A stretch of DNA of 64,000 nt, taken from positions 487,159 through 551,158 of the forward strand of contig CAWBPM010000002.1 of NCBI GenBank assembly GCA_963790825.1, in the 5' to 3' direction. The DNA is from Candidatus Levyibacteriota bacterium (lineage in GTDB: Bacteria; Patescibacteriota; Microgenomatia; Levybacterales; UBA12049). The position numbers and the translations under genes were made by a program. The stretch's first letter is position 1; each line of letters starts with the position of its first letter. The notes beneath the pieces are model-generated. The model was not told where the DNA came from. It saw only the letters and a list, made by a program, of their open reading frames with translations, and did not search any database. Positions 1 to 12,049 of this stretch are shown piece after piece.

Positions 1-710
1 TGAGTGACAAAGAAAAAGGACTGGGAAAATATAAAAAATCCATAAGAGACGAGGCATCCGAACTTCTGATTCGCTTATCAGGCGGAGACGCGCGGATTCT
101 TCTCAATGCTCTCGAGATTGCCGCTACCAGTTATAAAGAAAAGAAAATTACATCCGAAATCATTAAGGAAGTTTTTCAAACCAGATCAGCCGGGCTTTAT
201 GACAAGAAAGCAGATGAACACTATAACATTATTTCTGCTTTTATTAAATCTATGCGCGGTTCTTCGGTCGATGGCGCGCTGTATTATCTCGCCCGCATGC
301 TAGAAAACGGGGAAGACCCGAAGTTTGTCGCCAGACGGATGATTATTTTCGCATCGGAAGATATAGGAATGGCTGATAGGGGAGCGTTAATCCAGGCAAA
401 TGCCGGATTTGAAGCGGTACAGAAAATCGGCATGCCGGAAGCACAGTTAATTCTTGCCCACATTGTTATTTATCTATCTCTTGCGAAAAAATCCCGCGCG
501 GTTCCAAATGCACTAGGACGGGCCAAGCAAGCAGTCTATGATTTGCCGAACGAGCCGATTCCTTTGCATCTCCGAAATGCTCCAACCAAACTAATGAAAA
601 GTTTAGGCTACGCAAAAAACTACGAATGGTCCGACTCTCACGTCGGTCCCACCGAAAACCAATCCTTTCTGCCGGAAAAGTTAAAAGACCGGAAGTTTTT
701 CGAGAGATAA
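1..710 (+). CDS. rarA: Replication-associated recombination protein A (MgsA/RarA AAA+ ATPase), 5'-truncated by window edge
   Basis: Frame open from position 3 (..SGGDARILLNALE..YDKKADEHYNIISAFIKSMRGS..ASEDIGMAD..PLHLRNAPT); MgsA C-terminal motifs. Confidence 0.93.
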   Translation, partial: SDKEKGLGKYKKSIRDEASELLIRLSGGDARILLNALEIAATSYKEKKITSEIIKEVFQTRSAGLYDKKADEHYNIISAFIKSMRGSSVDGALYYLARMLENGEDPKFVARRMIIFASEDIGMADRGALIQANAGFEAVQKIGMPEAQLILAHIVIYLSLAKKSRAVPNALGRAKQAVYDLPNEPIPLHLRNAPTKLMKSLGYAKNYEWSDSHVGPTENQSFLPEKLKDRKFFER

Positions 711-889
711 TGGGGAAATAATGAATTCAATTGATTTAACTGCTTTCTTAATACAGACAATAGGATAATACATACCCAGTTCACCATTTTATCTTTATAA
801 ATAATATGATCGCAAGTTTTTTTTCACGTTATTTATTCTCCTTTGACTATCCAGATGTAAATATTTCATAAGTCTCCCATCTACGCTTC

Positions 890-1441
890 GGCGTCTTCCG
901 TTCCGAAGCATAGTCAGAGATTATAAGATAGGTAAACTATTATAAGATATACTTATCTACAAACCTCGTTATTTTCCTGTTTAGCCTCTGCCCCCGTGTG
1001 AGCTTGTACTCTTTACGTAGGTAGTAGAGTATTTCGTCTCTCTTCCGGTATTCTGTCTCAATCGCTTCCGACTTAGGCTCGGTATAAGGCTGTATACCCT
1101 GCTCTACATCAATCTGAACCGGCTTAATCTCTTTCCATTCTGTCAGCTCTTCCTTCTGAACCGGCTCTACCTCATTCCAGATCGGGCAAGGTGTTTGTAT
1201 CGGGCAAGGTAGCATTTCATCCTGTCCCTGCCAGGGCATGATTTTGTATCTTTGTCCGTTTATAAATACCTCTTTCATATCTCACCGCCTTTATGTCCTG
1301 TAGCATATCATATTAATTCATTTTGTCAAGTACGTATTATCCTTATAATTTTTTGCTACTTACACAAGAAACCTTTTTTGACCCTTCTTTATAGTCTCTC
1401 ATATACACTCTGGCGTTTTCCGTTTCGAGCATAGTCAAAGA
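890..1441. repeat. Imperfect ~30-bp direct repeat (890-920 and 1412-1441) flanking a small gene
   Basis: GGCGTCTTCCGTTCCGAAGCATAGTCAGAGA vs GGCGTTTTCCGTTTCGA-GCATAGTCAAAGA (27/31 identical). Confidence 0.75.
940..1278 (-). CDS. Hypothetical 112-aa protein with short internal repeats (PCPI x2, E-x-x-PVQ x2)
   Basis: ORF with SD-like AGGCGGTG and an upstream TTGACA-N16-TATGCT promoter on the minus strand (~1301-1328). Confidence 0.6.
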   Translation of the reverse strand: MKEVFINGQRYKIMPWQGQDEMLPCPIQTPCPIWNEVEPVQKEELTEWKEIKPVQIDVEQGIQPYTEPKSEAIETEYRKRDEILYYLRKEYKLTRGQRLNRKITRFVDKYIL

Positions 1442-1618
1442 CTTACCATAGCCAATAGATAAGTCTACGCCAGATGTAACTACCTACCTCTTAACAACTC
1501 CAATTTCCCTGTGCTTCTTTAACCTATAGTCTTATATAGGACAGGTGGGTAGTTTCCTTAACTTGTTCGTTAACTTGATAGGTTGAAATTATCGTTGAAT
1601 TCTGCAATAATAGGGTAA

Positions 1619-3568
<1,950 letters not shown>

Positions 3569-3634
3569 TGAATTTAGAATCTAGAATTCAGAATTTAATT
3601 ATGAATTTTAAACTCTGAATTCTAAATTATATTT
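3569..3634. repeat. Low-complexity heptamer-like inverted repeat (AGAATT units)
   Basis: AATTTAGAATCTAGAATTCAGAATT; TAGAATTCAGA (3582-3592) is complementary to TCTGAATTCTA (3614-3624). Confidence 0.65.
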
Positions 3635-3652
3635 TAAAGGAGGTGAAACATT

Positions 3653-4174
3653 ATGAATATCAGTAAAGTTTCAGCCGGAAAAGACGTAAAAAACGGGTTG
3701 GTCAATGTTTTTATTGAGATTCCGAAAGACGGTAATATTAAATACGAACTGGATAAAGAGACCGGGGTTATTTTTGTTGACAGATTTCTTTATACTGCAA
3801 TGAATTATCCTTTTAATTATGGATTTGTTCCCAATACTTTAGCAGAAGACGGTGATCCGATTGATGTTTTAGTCTTAAGTGAACAAGCAGTTGTACCTGG
3901 AGTTGTTATTCCGTCTCAAGTTATCGGCATGCTCGAAATGGAGGATGAAGAAGGAATTGACACTAAGATATTGGCAGTTCCGAGTAAAAAAGTAGATCCG
4001 CTTTTCGGCGCGTATTCAGATATAGCCGATGTTCCTGACGCAATTAAGAATAAACTTCGCCATTTTTTTGAGAATTATAAGACATTGGAGCCCGGAAAAT
4101 GGGTAAAATTGAAAGAGTGGAAAGATAAGAAAACAGCCTTGAAAGCTGTAGAGAAGTCAATTAGGAATAAATAA
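3653..4174 (+). CDS. ppa: Inorganic pyrophosphatase (family I)
   Basis: [40 protein letters not shown]; strong SD AGGAGGTG at 3638-3645. Confidence 0.97.
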   Translation: MNISKVSAGKDVKNGLVNVFIEIPKDGNIKYELDKETGVIFVDRFLYTAMNYPFNYGFVPNTLAEDGDPIDVLVLSEQAVVPGVVIPSQVIGMLEMEDEEGIDTKILAVPSKKVDPLFGAYSDIADVPDAIKNKLRHFFENYKTLEPGKWVKLKEWKDKKTALKAVEKSIRNK

Positions 4175-4275
4175 TTAATTTCTAATGTCTAATTGATCTA
4201 ATCAAATCCTAATTAGTAAATAGCTAATGGGTTTTAATATTTATTAGTAATTAGGTTAATTAGAAATTTTTAATT
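4175..4275. repeat. CTAAT/ATTAG low-complexity palindromic element
   Basis: CTAAT units in the 5' half, ATTAG units in the 3' half; shares AATTGATCTAAT and AATTAGGTTAATT with copies at 43040 and 50804. Confidence 0.75.
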
Positions 4276-6837
4276 ATGGATATAGGAGAATTAAAACAAG
4301 CAAATATTTCCCTGGAGATGAAAAAAGCGTATCTCAACTACGCCATGTCTGTTATCGTTGCCCGTGCTCTTCCCGATGTCCGCGACGGACTGAAGCCGGT
4401 TCACAGAAGAATTCTTTTCGCAATGCATGAGCTTGGTCTTACTCATGCGGCGAAATTTTCTAAAAGCGCGAAGATCGTCGGAGAAGTCATGGGTAAATAT
4501 CATCCGCATGGAGATGTTCCGATTTATGACGCACTGGTCCGATTGGCACAGGATTTTGCGATGCGCTACCCAATCATTCAGGGACAAGGAAATTTCGGTT
4601 CAATTGACGGCGATCCTCCGGCTGCAATGCGTTATACCGAGGCGAGAATGGCGGCAATTGCCGCGGAAATGCTGACGGACTTAGATAAAGAAACCGTGGA
4701 ATTTATTCCGAATTTTGACGGGAGTGAGGATGAACCTGTTTATCTGCCGGCAAAACTGCCGAACCTTCTTCTTATGGGATCTGAGGGTATTGCCGTCGGC
4801 ATGGCAACCAAAATCCCACCCCACAATCTCGGAGAAGTAATCGACGCGATCATTTATATGATTGGGAAGATTACTTTCGCCGGACTAAAGACGGGAAACG
4901 GACAGATACAAACTCCTGCTGTCTTAAAAGGAACTGTTGTTGAGTCAGCTAAGATAGGCCCCAAAGTGACACTTACCAGTAACGTTTCTATCGATGAACT
5001 TTTGGAATTTATTAAAGGCCCTGATTTTCCGACAGCCGGAAGTATCTTCGACATTACCGAGATTAAAAACGCGTATTATACAGGACGCGGGAAAGTTCTC
5101 ATCCGGGGAAGGGCAGAAATTGAAGATATCGGAAACGGTAAATCAGCAATCATCATTACCGAGCTTCCTTACCAGGTGAATAAAGCGCTGCTGGTTGCGA
5201 AAATTGCCGATCTGGCCAAAGAGAAAAAAATAGAAGGTATTTCAGATCTTCGGGACGAATCTGATAGACGCGGACTTCGGATTTATGTCGAGTTGAAACG
5301 CGACGCAACGCCAAAAAAGATTTTGAACAATCTCTATAAACATACCGCGCTGCAAACCAGTTTTCCGGTTAATATGGTTGCTCTGGTTGACGGCACTCCG
5401 CAAACACTTAATTTGAAAATTATTCTTGAAGAATATTTAAAACACCGTTATATCGTTATCAGACGCCGGTCGGAATTCGAACTTCGGCAAGCGAAAGCCA
5501 GACTGCATATTCTTGAAGGATTAAAAATTGCGGTTGATCACATTGATGCCGTTATTCGGACGATTCGCGAATCGGCTACCCAGGAAGATGCGAAGAAAAA
5601 TTTAATGCAGAAATTTGATTTGTCTGAAATTCAGGCAGTTGCGATTTTGGACATGCAACTGAGGCGTCTGGCAGCACTGGAAAGGCAAAAGATTGAGGAT
5701 GAGCTACAATTGGTCAAAGAGACTATCGAGTACCTGGAGGATCTTCTGACGCATCCTGAAAAGATACTCCATGTCGTAAAAGACGAGCTTGAAAATTTGA
5801 AAAGTAAATACGCCGATCCGCGTCGTACTAGGGTTTTCAAAAGTAAAGTCGGCGAGTTCTCCGAAGAGGATTTGATACCGAATGAATCGACTGTTATTAC
5901 CTTAACTAACACCGGCTATATCAAGAGGCAATCGCTTAATAGTTTCCAGTTGCAAAACAGGGGAGGGAAAGGGATTACCGGCATGAAAATGAAAGAGGAA
6001 GATGCTATCGCTCATATCCGTCATGCCCAAACGCATGACAATCTACTCTTTTTCACCAACAAGGGAAAGGCGTATCAACTGAAAGCGTATGAAATTGCAG
6101 AAAGCAGCAGAATCAGTAAGGGATCGGCGGTAATTAATCTGCTTAATATCGAATCCGGAGAAAAAGTGGAATCATTTATCAGCTACACGAAGGCAAGTCG
6201 TGGAACATATGTTTTTTTAACGACAAAAAACGGTACGGTGAAGAAATCTGCGCTGTCGGAATTTGAAAATATCAGGAGAAACGGCATTGCCGCAATTAAA
6301 TTGGATAAAGACGACGAGCTTGTTTGGAGTAAATTGACTGACGGCCAGAACGATATTATGCTCGTGACCAGAAATGGTCAGGCAATCAGATTCGGAGAAA
6401 GTTCTGTGAGACCTATGGGAAGAGCAACTATGGGAGTTCGGGGAGTAAGACTACAAAAAGATGATAAGGTAATCAGTATGGATATTATTTCAAAGACCGA
6501 GAAATTGGATCTCCTTACCATTATGGAAAACGGTCTCGGCAAAAAAACAGCAATTGATCTTTTCCGTGGTCAAAGCAGGGGAGGAATGGGAATTCATGTC
6601 GCTAAAGTAACCGATAAAACAGGAAAAGTCGTTGTATCGCAAGTTGTTCCCAAAACTGCAGAAGAAGTCATTATAACTTCCAAGAGGGGACAAGTTGTAA
6701 AACTGGCAATTACTTCTGTTCCTAAACTTAGCCGTGATACCCAAGGCGTCATCTTAATGAGATTTTCAAATCCAAATGATAAAGTCGCCTCCGCCACCTG
6801 CATCGAAAAAGGAGCTGAACTCGAGAAGAAAATGTAG
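4276..6837 (+). CDS. gyrA: DNA gyrase subunit A
   Basis: [29 protein letters not shown] (catalytic Tyr), GyrA-box QNRGGKG, beta-pinwheel C-terminal repeats. Confidence 0.98.
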   Translation: MDIGELKQANISLEMKKAYLNYAMSVIVARALPDVRDGLKPVHRRILFAMHELGLTHAAKFSKSAKIVGEVMGKYHPHGDVPIYDALVRLAQDFAMRYPIIQGQGNFGSIDGDPPAAMRYTEARMAAIAAEMLTDLDKETVEFIPNFDGSEDEPVYLPAKLPNLLLMGSEGIAVGMATKIPPHNLGEVIDAIIYMIGKITFAGLKTGNGQIQTPAVLKGTVVESAKIGPKVTLTSNVSIDELLEFIKGPDFPTAGSIFDITEIKNAYYTGRGKVLIRGRAEIEDIGNGKSAIIITELPYQVNKALLVAKIADLAKEKKIEGISDLRDESDRRGLRIYVELKRDATPKKILNNLYKHTALQTSFPVNMVALVDGTPQTLNLKIILEEYLKHRYIVIRRRSEFELRQAKARLHILEGLKIAVDHIDAVIRTIRESATQEDAKKNLMQKFDLSEIQAVAILDMQLRRLAALERQKIEDELQLVKETIEYLEDLLTHPEKILHVVKDELENLKSKYADPRRTRVFKSKVGEFSEEDLIPNESTVITLTNTGYIKRQSLNSFQLQNRGGKGITGMKMKEEDAIAHIRHAQTHDNLLFFTNKGKAYQLKAYEIAESSRISKGSAVINLLNIESGEKVESFISYTKASRGTYVFLTTKNGTVKKSALSEFENIRRNGIAAIKLDKDDELVWSKLTDGQNDIMLVTRNGQAIRFGESSVRPMGRATMGVRGVRLQKDDKVISMDIISKTEKLDLLTIMENGLGKKTAIDLFRGQSRGGMGIHVAKVTDKTGKVVVSQVVPKTAEEVIITSKRGQVVKLAITSVPKLSRDTQGVILMRFSNPNDKVASATCIEKGAELEKKM

Positions 6838-6889
6838 CTAAGGGGTCTTGAAGTTTTACATATATAGGTAATATTAATATAATTAATTT

Positions 6890-8377
6890 ATGCCAGAATT
6901 AGGTTCGGGAGAATCAGCCGAAAAAACTGCTGTTCCATATGCAGATTTAGTTACGCCTATTGATAAGGCTACTATTACAGACGTAGCTCACGCAGGATTT
7001 ACAACAATAGAATCTCGTTTAGAAGATTGCAGAGTTCCGCTTCTAAGACCAGGCTTTCGAGACGAAGTTCAGAGAGCGCAGGAGGCAAAAGTTAGAGATG
7101 GTACTCCAAACGATATTTTAAGGGTAGATGCTCAATATAGAGGACATGTTGATGCATATGAATTTTCTTTAAGTGAATTAGGACAAGGAGGGACACCGAT
7201 TAGTAGTGATGCACATAGGAGAGCATGGATTCGCGCAGGAAGTCCTAATACTGTTAAGCTTCCTCCAAATCCCAAAGACCACATAGATGTTGCAGGCTTT
7301 GAAAGAGCCAGTAAGCAAGGCCTAGGGAGAATTGCAACTGCGCTTGAAGACTCATTAGTTTCTTCTCGTGATCTTACACTTCTGGAAAAGAAAGCAGTAG
7401 ATCCTACTACAGTTTCAGATGAAGAGCTAGGAAGACGAAAAGCTGAAGGAGAGGAAAAAAGTTATAGAGTAGTATTGGAAACGTTTGGACAATGGGAACT
7501 TATTCAAGCCGCTGATGAAAGAGCAACAAAAAGAATCATCGCAGCTACACCTTCTGAAGCGACGTTAGCTAAAATTAGGGCCGGACACGAACATAAATTC
7601 TTAGATTCTCGAAAACCAGCAGTAGTCGAAGACAGAAAAGGAATGGAATCCTCCTTAGCAGGTGTACGATCAAAACTTGCAGAAGAAACTCGATCAGATG
7701 GTTCAACGGCTGAAGAAGTAGAAAAAACCGATGAGAAGACCCTTGCATATAGCAACGCTTTGCAAAAAAGTATTGACTCGCATGGTGGAATTGAAAAATT
7801 TATGGGGGTAAGCGTATATAGGGCAATATTAGAACTTGAACGACACCTGGAAGATAATTTAACAACACTTCATAGACCAGAATTTCGAAGTAAATTAAGG
7901 GAAGCTATGCAAGCAAGAAGAGAAGGAAAAATAGTTGGTAATATGCCATTATTAGATGCAAGCCTCAGAGGAGAAGTTAACGCTTATGAAGTAACATTAC
8001 GCAACCTCGGACAACTTGCTGTCATTGAGGATGCTCGAAGCAGAGCAAAGAGTAGAATTGTAGCCACTGACGACTTAGAGTTACCTTCATATGGAAAGGG
8101 AAGCATAGATATTGCATCGCTTAAAGACAGATATGTTAAAAGATTTGTGGGCATTGCAAGAGATTTTGAGGGCGCATTAGCTTATGCCAGAGATCCTGTA
8201 CGAGTAGAAGAATCCATGCGTAATTCTACATCAACCTCAGACGAAGCACTTATTAGGATGCGTGAAGAAGGAAGATGTAAAGGATATAATAAAATTATTG
8301 AGGAATTCTCATTGGGTTATCTTGGAAGTGCTGTATCAGACGTAATAGCAAAAAGATTTACAAAGCCCACAGAATAG
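6890..8377 (+). CDS. Hypothetical helical protein with a ~180-aa internal duplication
   Basis: 495-aa ORF; two homologous halves visible by eye (LED..RP.FR..DA..RG.V.AYE..L..LGQ..ID.A..IA...E..RD..SDE.L.R...EG..K.Y). Confidence 0.8.
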   Translation: MPELGSGESAEKTAVPYADLVTPIDKATITDVAHAGFTTIESRLEDCRVPLLRPGFRDEVQRAQEAKVRDGTPNDILRVDAQYRGHVDAYEFSLSELGQGGTPISSDAHRRAWIRAGSPNTVKLPPNPKDHIDVAGFERASKQGLGRIATALEDSLVSSRDLTLLEKKAVDPTTVSDEELGRRKAEGEEKSYRVVLETFGQWELIQAADERATKRIIAATPSEATLAKIRAGHEHKFLDSRKPAVVEDRKGMESSLAGVRSKLAEETRSDGSTAEEVEKTDEKTLAYSNALQKSIDSHGGIEKFMGVSVYRAILELERHLEDNLTTLHRPEFRSKLREAMQARREGKIVGNMPLLDASLRGEVNAYEVTLRNLGQLAVIEDARSRAKSRIVATDDLELPSYGKGSIDIASLKDRYVKRFVGIARDFEGALAYARDPVRVEESMRNSTSTSDEALIRMREEGRCKGYNKIIEEFSLGYLGSAVSDVIAKRFTKPTE

Positions 8378-8549
8378 TTAATTTTAGAGAAAATATTGAT
8401 TTATTATCATACATAAGTTTTAACTATTTAACCCCCGATGGAAAATATTTTATTAAACATTACACTGAAGAATAAGTAGTTATTTAATTTTGCTAAGCTT
8501 TTATTTCACACTGTAATTAATCCCGATAATATGGTATCCTTCATATATT

Positions 8550-8885
8550 ATGGCTGGAAATGATGATTCTATAGAAGAAACACCACCATCTACTTCGCAA
8601 ACGATGACGCTTCAGAAAGCAGTTGATTTGGGCGAGTATGATCCTAAATACTTAGCTGGCTTTCCGGAATGGCATAATTTTAGTAAACATATTCAGTTTC
8701 AATATATAAAAAAGGCTTTAGAAAATAGACATAGACAATTAATTCTACAATATACAGAACTTAACAATGTTTTAGACCTAAGAAATAAACCTGAAGTTTG
8801 GGAAGCGATTAAAAATGTTGAAAAGCAGTTGCATCATTTGTTGGAAGAAAAAGAGAGACTGTTCATTGAATATTCAAATGCTTGA
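8550..8885 (+). CDS. Hypothetical 111-aa protein
   Basis: Clean ORF, first of a tightly packed three-gene run; TGGTATCCT extended -10 just upstream. Confidence 0.75.
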   Translation: MAGNDDSIEETPPSTSQTMTLQKAVDLGEYDPKYLAGFPEWHNFSKHIQFQYIKKALENRHRQLILQYTELNNVLDLRNKPEVWEAIKNVEKQLHHLLEEKERLFIEYSNA

Positions 8886-8888
8886 AAT

Positions 8889-9410
8889 ATGTCTTTATCT
8901 TCGACTTCGAATACAATAAATGCCCTGGGAATATTTGGAAGACTAATGCCGCAACAGGAGAAGTATCTCCATGAATTAGAAGTAAGGTTTAGTAAAAGAC
9001 CAGAAAATGATGAGGCGAATGGTATATTCAATCACTTATCCTTAGTTATTAATAACAATGTACCTATAGGTAATATGCCTCTTTATATAGATTTATTGAA
9101 AGAACTAAAATCTTATTTACCTTTGAGAATTAAGACTTCGGGTGTAATTGTAAAAGAAGATAAACATCTTGCGTTGTCTTTCGAAACCACACAGACGCAA
9201 CAGATTAGAGATTTGGCAAGTAAATATTTTAATGAAGGAGTTGTGATAACACACTACACAAAAGTTGTGTGGTTTGTACCAAAAGAAAACCAAGAAAAAG
9301 TAACAAAAGAACTAAAAAATATAAAAGAAATGGTATTTTACGATTTTATATTAGTAGCAAATAGACAAAACGATGATAATACAGTCTATTCATCAAATCG
9401 ATACCAATGA
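8889..9410 (+). CDS. Putative 2H-phosphoesterase (2'-5' RNA ligase-like) fold protein
   Basis: Two H-x-[S/T] motifs (NHLSLV, THYTKV) about 70 aa apart in a 173-aa protein. Confidence 0.5.
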   Translation: MSLSSTSNTINALGIFGRLMPQQEKYLHELEVRFSKRPENDEANGIFNHLSLVINNNVPIGNMPLYIDLLKELKSYLPLRIKTSGVIVKEDKHLALSFETTQTQQIRDLASKYFNEGVVITHYTKVVWFVPKENQEKVTKELKNIKEMVFYDFILVANRQNDDNTVYSSNRYQ

Positions 9411-9988
9411 CATTATCTGCTTATCATCAAAAATATGCCAATCAATCCGACGAAGAGCTAGAGCGCCGGGTTAAAGTCAAAGAAGAAGAACTACGAACGA
9501 TATTTGAAAAAGTAAAATTGCAAACAGACGGTGAAACTGTCAGAGTAGCGGTTTTGGGCTGTGGAGATAAAAGATTCGTCAAAGCGCATAAAAAGCTATT
9601 TGAACAATTTACAAAAAAGTCGGTTGAATTAACAACATTTGATATTACGATTGAGCATTTGCAAGGAGAAGAAAACGTTATTCAGCATGACTGCACGCTA
9701 CCCCTACTAAACCCGCCCTATGACATAACCTTTGCACATGTTTTATTAAAGTTTATTGAGACAGACAAACAATTGGGTGTCATTAAAAATTCTTACAACT
9801 CTCTAAAACCCGGTGGTTTTGCAATTCATATCATGGATAATGAGGAAATCGAAACAAAAGAAAAAATATTACCAAGCGGTCAATATGCCGTCCCTTTGCA
9901 AAGATGGAAAGAATTACTAAATCAAGAAGGAATTACATTTTCAGAAATACCGCTGAAATACGGCATTGCAATTGTTGTGATTAAATGA
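9407..9988 (+). CDS. Class I SAM-dependent methyltransferase-like protein
   Basis: VAVLGCG, FDIT, HDCT, YDITFAH, SLKPGG; ATGA overlap with upstream gene. Confidence 0.7.
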   Translation: MTLSAYHQKYANQSDEELERRVKVKEEELRTIFEKVKLQTDGETVRVAVLGCGDKRFVKAHKKLFEQFTKKSVELTTFDITIEHLQGEENVIQHDCTLPLLNPPYDITFAHVLLKFIETDKQLGVIKNSYNSLKPGGFAIHIMDNEEIETKEKILPSGQYAVPLQRWKELLNQEGITFSEIPLKYGIAIVVIK

Positions 9989-10037
9989 TTGTAAAAAAGC
10001 AATTGACTTTTGCCTCTTATGGATTTAATATGATGAT

Positions 10038-10298
10038 ATGAAAGTTAAGAGTGATCCTCAAGATTTAGTAACAAAAATCCATCTCGATATTAAATTGGGT
10101 GGACTAAAAATTGAATTGGGAGACACAATGAAAAAATATAGAAACGACGTGTTAAATAGCTTAGATAAAGTAGTAAAGGAACTAGAAGCTGCAAGAGAGG
10201 ATAGAATTATTTCAAATCACAAATTAGATCAAATACAGGAAATCGTGCAAGAGCAAGGATCGCGGTTATCTGACTTAGAACAGCAGCAAATTAATTAA
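10038..10298 (+). CDS. Small coiled-coil hypothetical protein
   Basis: 86-aa ORF with heptad pattern; TTGACT about 35 nt upstream. Confidence 0.65.
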   Translation: MKVKSDPQDLVTKIHLDIKLGGLKIELGDTMKKYRNDVLNSLDKVVKELEAAREDRIISNHKLDQIQEIVQEQGSRLSDLEQQQIN

Positions 10299-10361
10299 AA
10301 GCAGGGAAGAGAGTTACTAAGCCTCATTTCAACTTACTCCCAATTACGCTATAATAATTTC

Positions 10362-11216
10362 ATGAAAGTTGACGGGCGAGTTATTGCCGAAAAGATTTAT
10401 GATGAATTAAAGCTTAAAGTAGTTAGCTTACAAGGCAAAGGAATTTCCCCGAAACTCGCGGTTATAATGGTTGGAGAAAACACGGGATCTCTTACATATA
10501 TTAAGCAGAAGCAAAAGTTTGCTGAGTATATCGGCGCGGAAGTGCAGGTTTTTCGCTATAAAACAGACGTAAAAGAACAAATAATTTTAAATGCAATTGG
10601 AGAACTGAATAAAGATAACTTGGTTCAGGGAATTATCGTCCAACTTCCGCTTCCTGATCACATGCATGAGGAAACAATAGTTCGGGCAGTTAATCCCAAA
10701 AAAGATATTGATGGATTTCATAAAAATTCTCCATTTACTGTTCCTATTGTTAAAGCAGTTATAAGGGTTCTTGAAGAAATACAAAAGATCGATGTTCCTT
10801 CGGAAGAATTTCTCATTTGGTTAAAGACTAAACAAATTGTCGTGATCGGAAAAGGGAAGACCGCAGGCGGTCCATTGATTAGTTATCTGCAAAAACAAAA
10901 AGTTTCCTGTGTTGTTATTGATCAAAAAACAAACAATCCTGAAAAAATAATGAGGGAAGCTGACATTATCCTCTCTGCTGTTGGGAAATCGAATGTAGTA
11001 AAGTCAACAAATATTAAAAAAGGTGTGATACTGATTGGGGTGGGGCTTGATAGGGGAGAGGATAAAAAACTCCATGGCGACTACGTCGAAAAAGAAATAG
11101 AACCCATTGCTTCATTTTATACACCAACACCCGGCGGCATCGGACCGGTCAATGTTGCGTGTTTACTGCAAAATCTGGTAATCGCGGCGAAAAACCAAAC
11201 AGATAAAAATAATTAG
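10362..11216 (+). CDS. folD: Methylenetetrahydrofolate dehydrogenase/cyclohydrolase
   Basis: YIKQKQK, GIIVQLPLP, KDIDG, TPTPGGIGPVNVACL. Confidence 0.93.
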   Translation: MKVDGRVIAEKIYDELKLKVVSLQGKGISPKLAVIMVGENTGSLTYIKQKQKFAEYIGAEVQVFRYKTDVKEQIILNAIGELNKDNLVQGIIVQLPLPDHMHEETIVRAVNPKKDIDGFHKNSPFTVPIVKAVIRVLEEIQKIDVPSEEFLIWLKTKQIVVIGKGKTAGGPLISYLQKQKVSCVVIDQKTNNPEKIMREADIILSAVGKSNVVKSTNIKKGVILIGVGLDRGEDKKLHGDYVEKEIEPIASFYTPTPGGIGPVNVACLLQNLVIAAKNQTDKNN

Positions 11217-11316
11217 ATGAATAAGTCTATTTTGAATTCTTACTGGACTCTTACTCGATTTTTATAGTATTATAGTTGTTGAGTTAGATAATAGACGAGA
11301 AAGGGAGGTGATTAGA

Positions 11317-11583
11317 ATGGGTAATAAGAAAAATATGGGTACGGCACTGGGTGCCGCGGCTGTCGGTGCGGCAATCGGGGCAGCAGCGATGACGCTTACC
11401 GATGAAAAAAATCGTAAAAAAGTTGTCGCGACAATGAAAGACGTAAAGAAAAAAGCGACGAAACAAATTGATATACTGAAAAAGAAAACGAGAGAGTTAA
11501 GAGACCGTAAAGGCGATATTTCACAATCTGCAGTTTTGAAAAAACCGACAGCAAAAAAAGTCGTTACAACGGCAACAAAATAA
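11317..11583 (+). CDS. YtxH-like small basic protein
   Basis: GAAAVGAAIGAAA hydrophobic N-terminus followed by a Lys-rich coil; SD GGGAGGTG before ATG 11317. Confidence 0.65.
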   Translation: MGNKKNMGTALGAAAVGAAIGAAAMTLTDEKNRKKVVATMKDVKKKATKQIDILKKKTRELRDRKGDISQSAVLKKPTAKKVVTTATK

Positions 11584-11589
11584 CACCTT

Positions 11590-11847
11590 ATGTGGTTACA
11601 AAATACTTTTTATATCTTCGGTATTATTTTTATGGTTCTCAATATTGTGATTTTGATCAGTATTGCTACTGCAGTTTTATATTTAAAGAAAAAAGTTGAT
11701 GAGATTCATCGGACGTTCAATCAGAAAATTGCTACAGTGAAACAAATTACGACGGAACCAAGTGCTATAGCACGAGGAGTAGGAGCAATCGCGACAAGTA
11801 TATTATCCTTTGTACTCCACAAAATATTTAGCAGGAAAAAAGAATAA
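11590..11847 (+). CDS. Small membrane protein
   Basis: N-terminal TM helix plus amphipathic C-terminus; 6 nt after the previous gene. Confidence 0.7.
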   Translation: MWLQNTFYIFGIIFMVLNIVILISIATAVLYLKKKVDEIHRTFNQKIATVKQITTEPSAIARGVGAIATSILSFVLHKIFSRKKE

Positions 11848-12049
11848 ACCTTCCCATATTTTCACTCTTTACTTTTTATTAATTTGGAGGATATGCCACT
11901 CCGCTTTGATTTAACAAATTTTGGCTTATACCTTCGTAGCAATCAAAAGAAAGTTACTATATATAGTTTCTGTGGCTCGAATATTCAAAGCTTCGGTTGG
12001 CATTATACCTTGTATTTTGATTGCGAAGAGGTATAATACAAAAGAAGCT

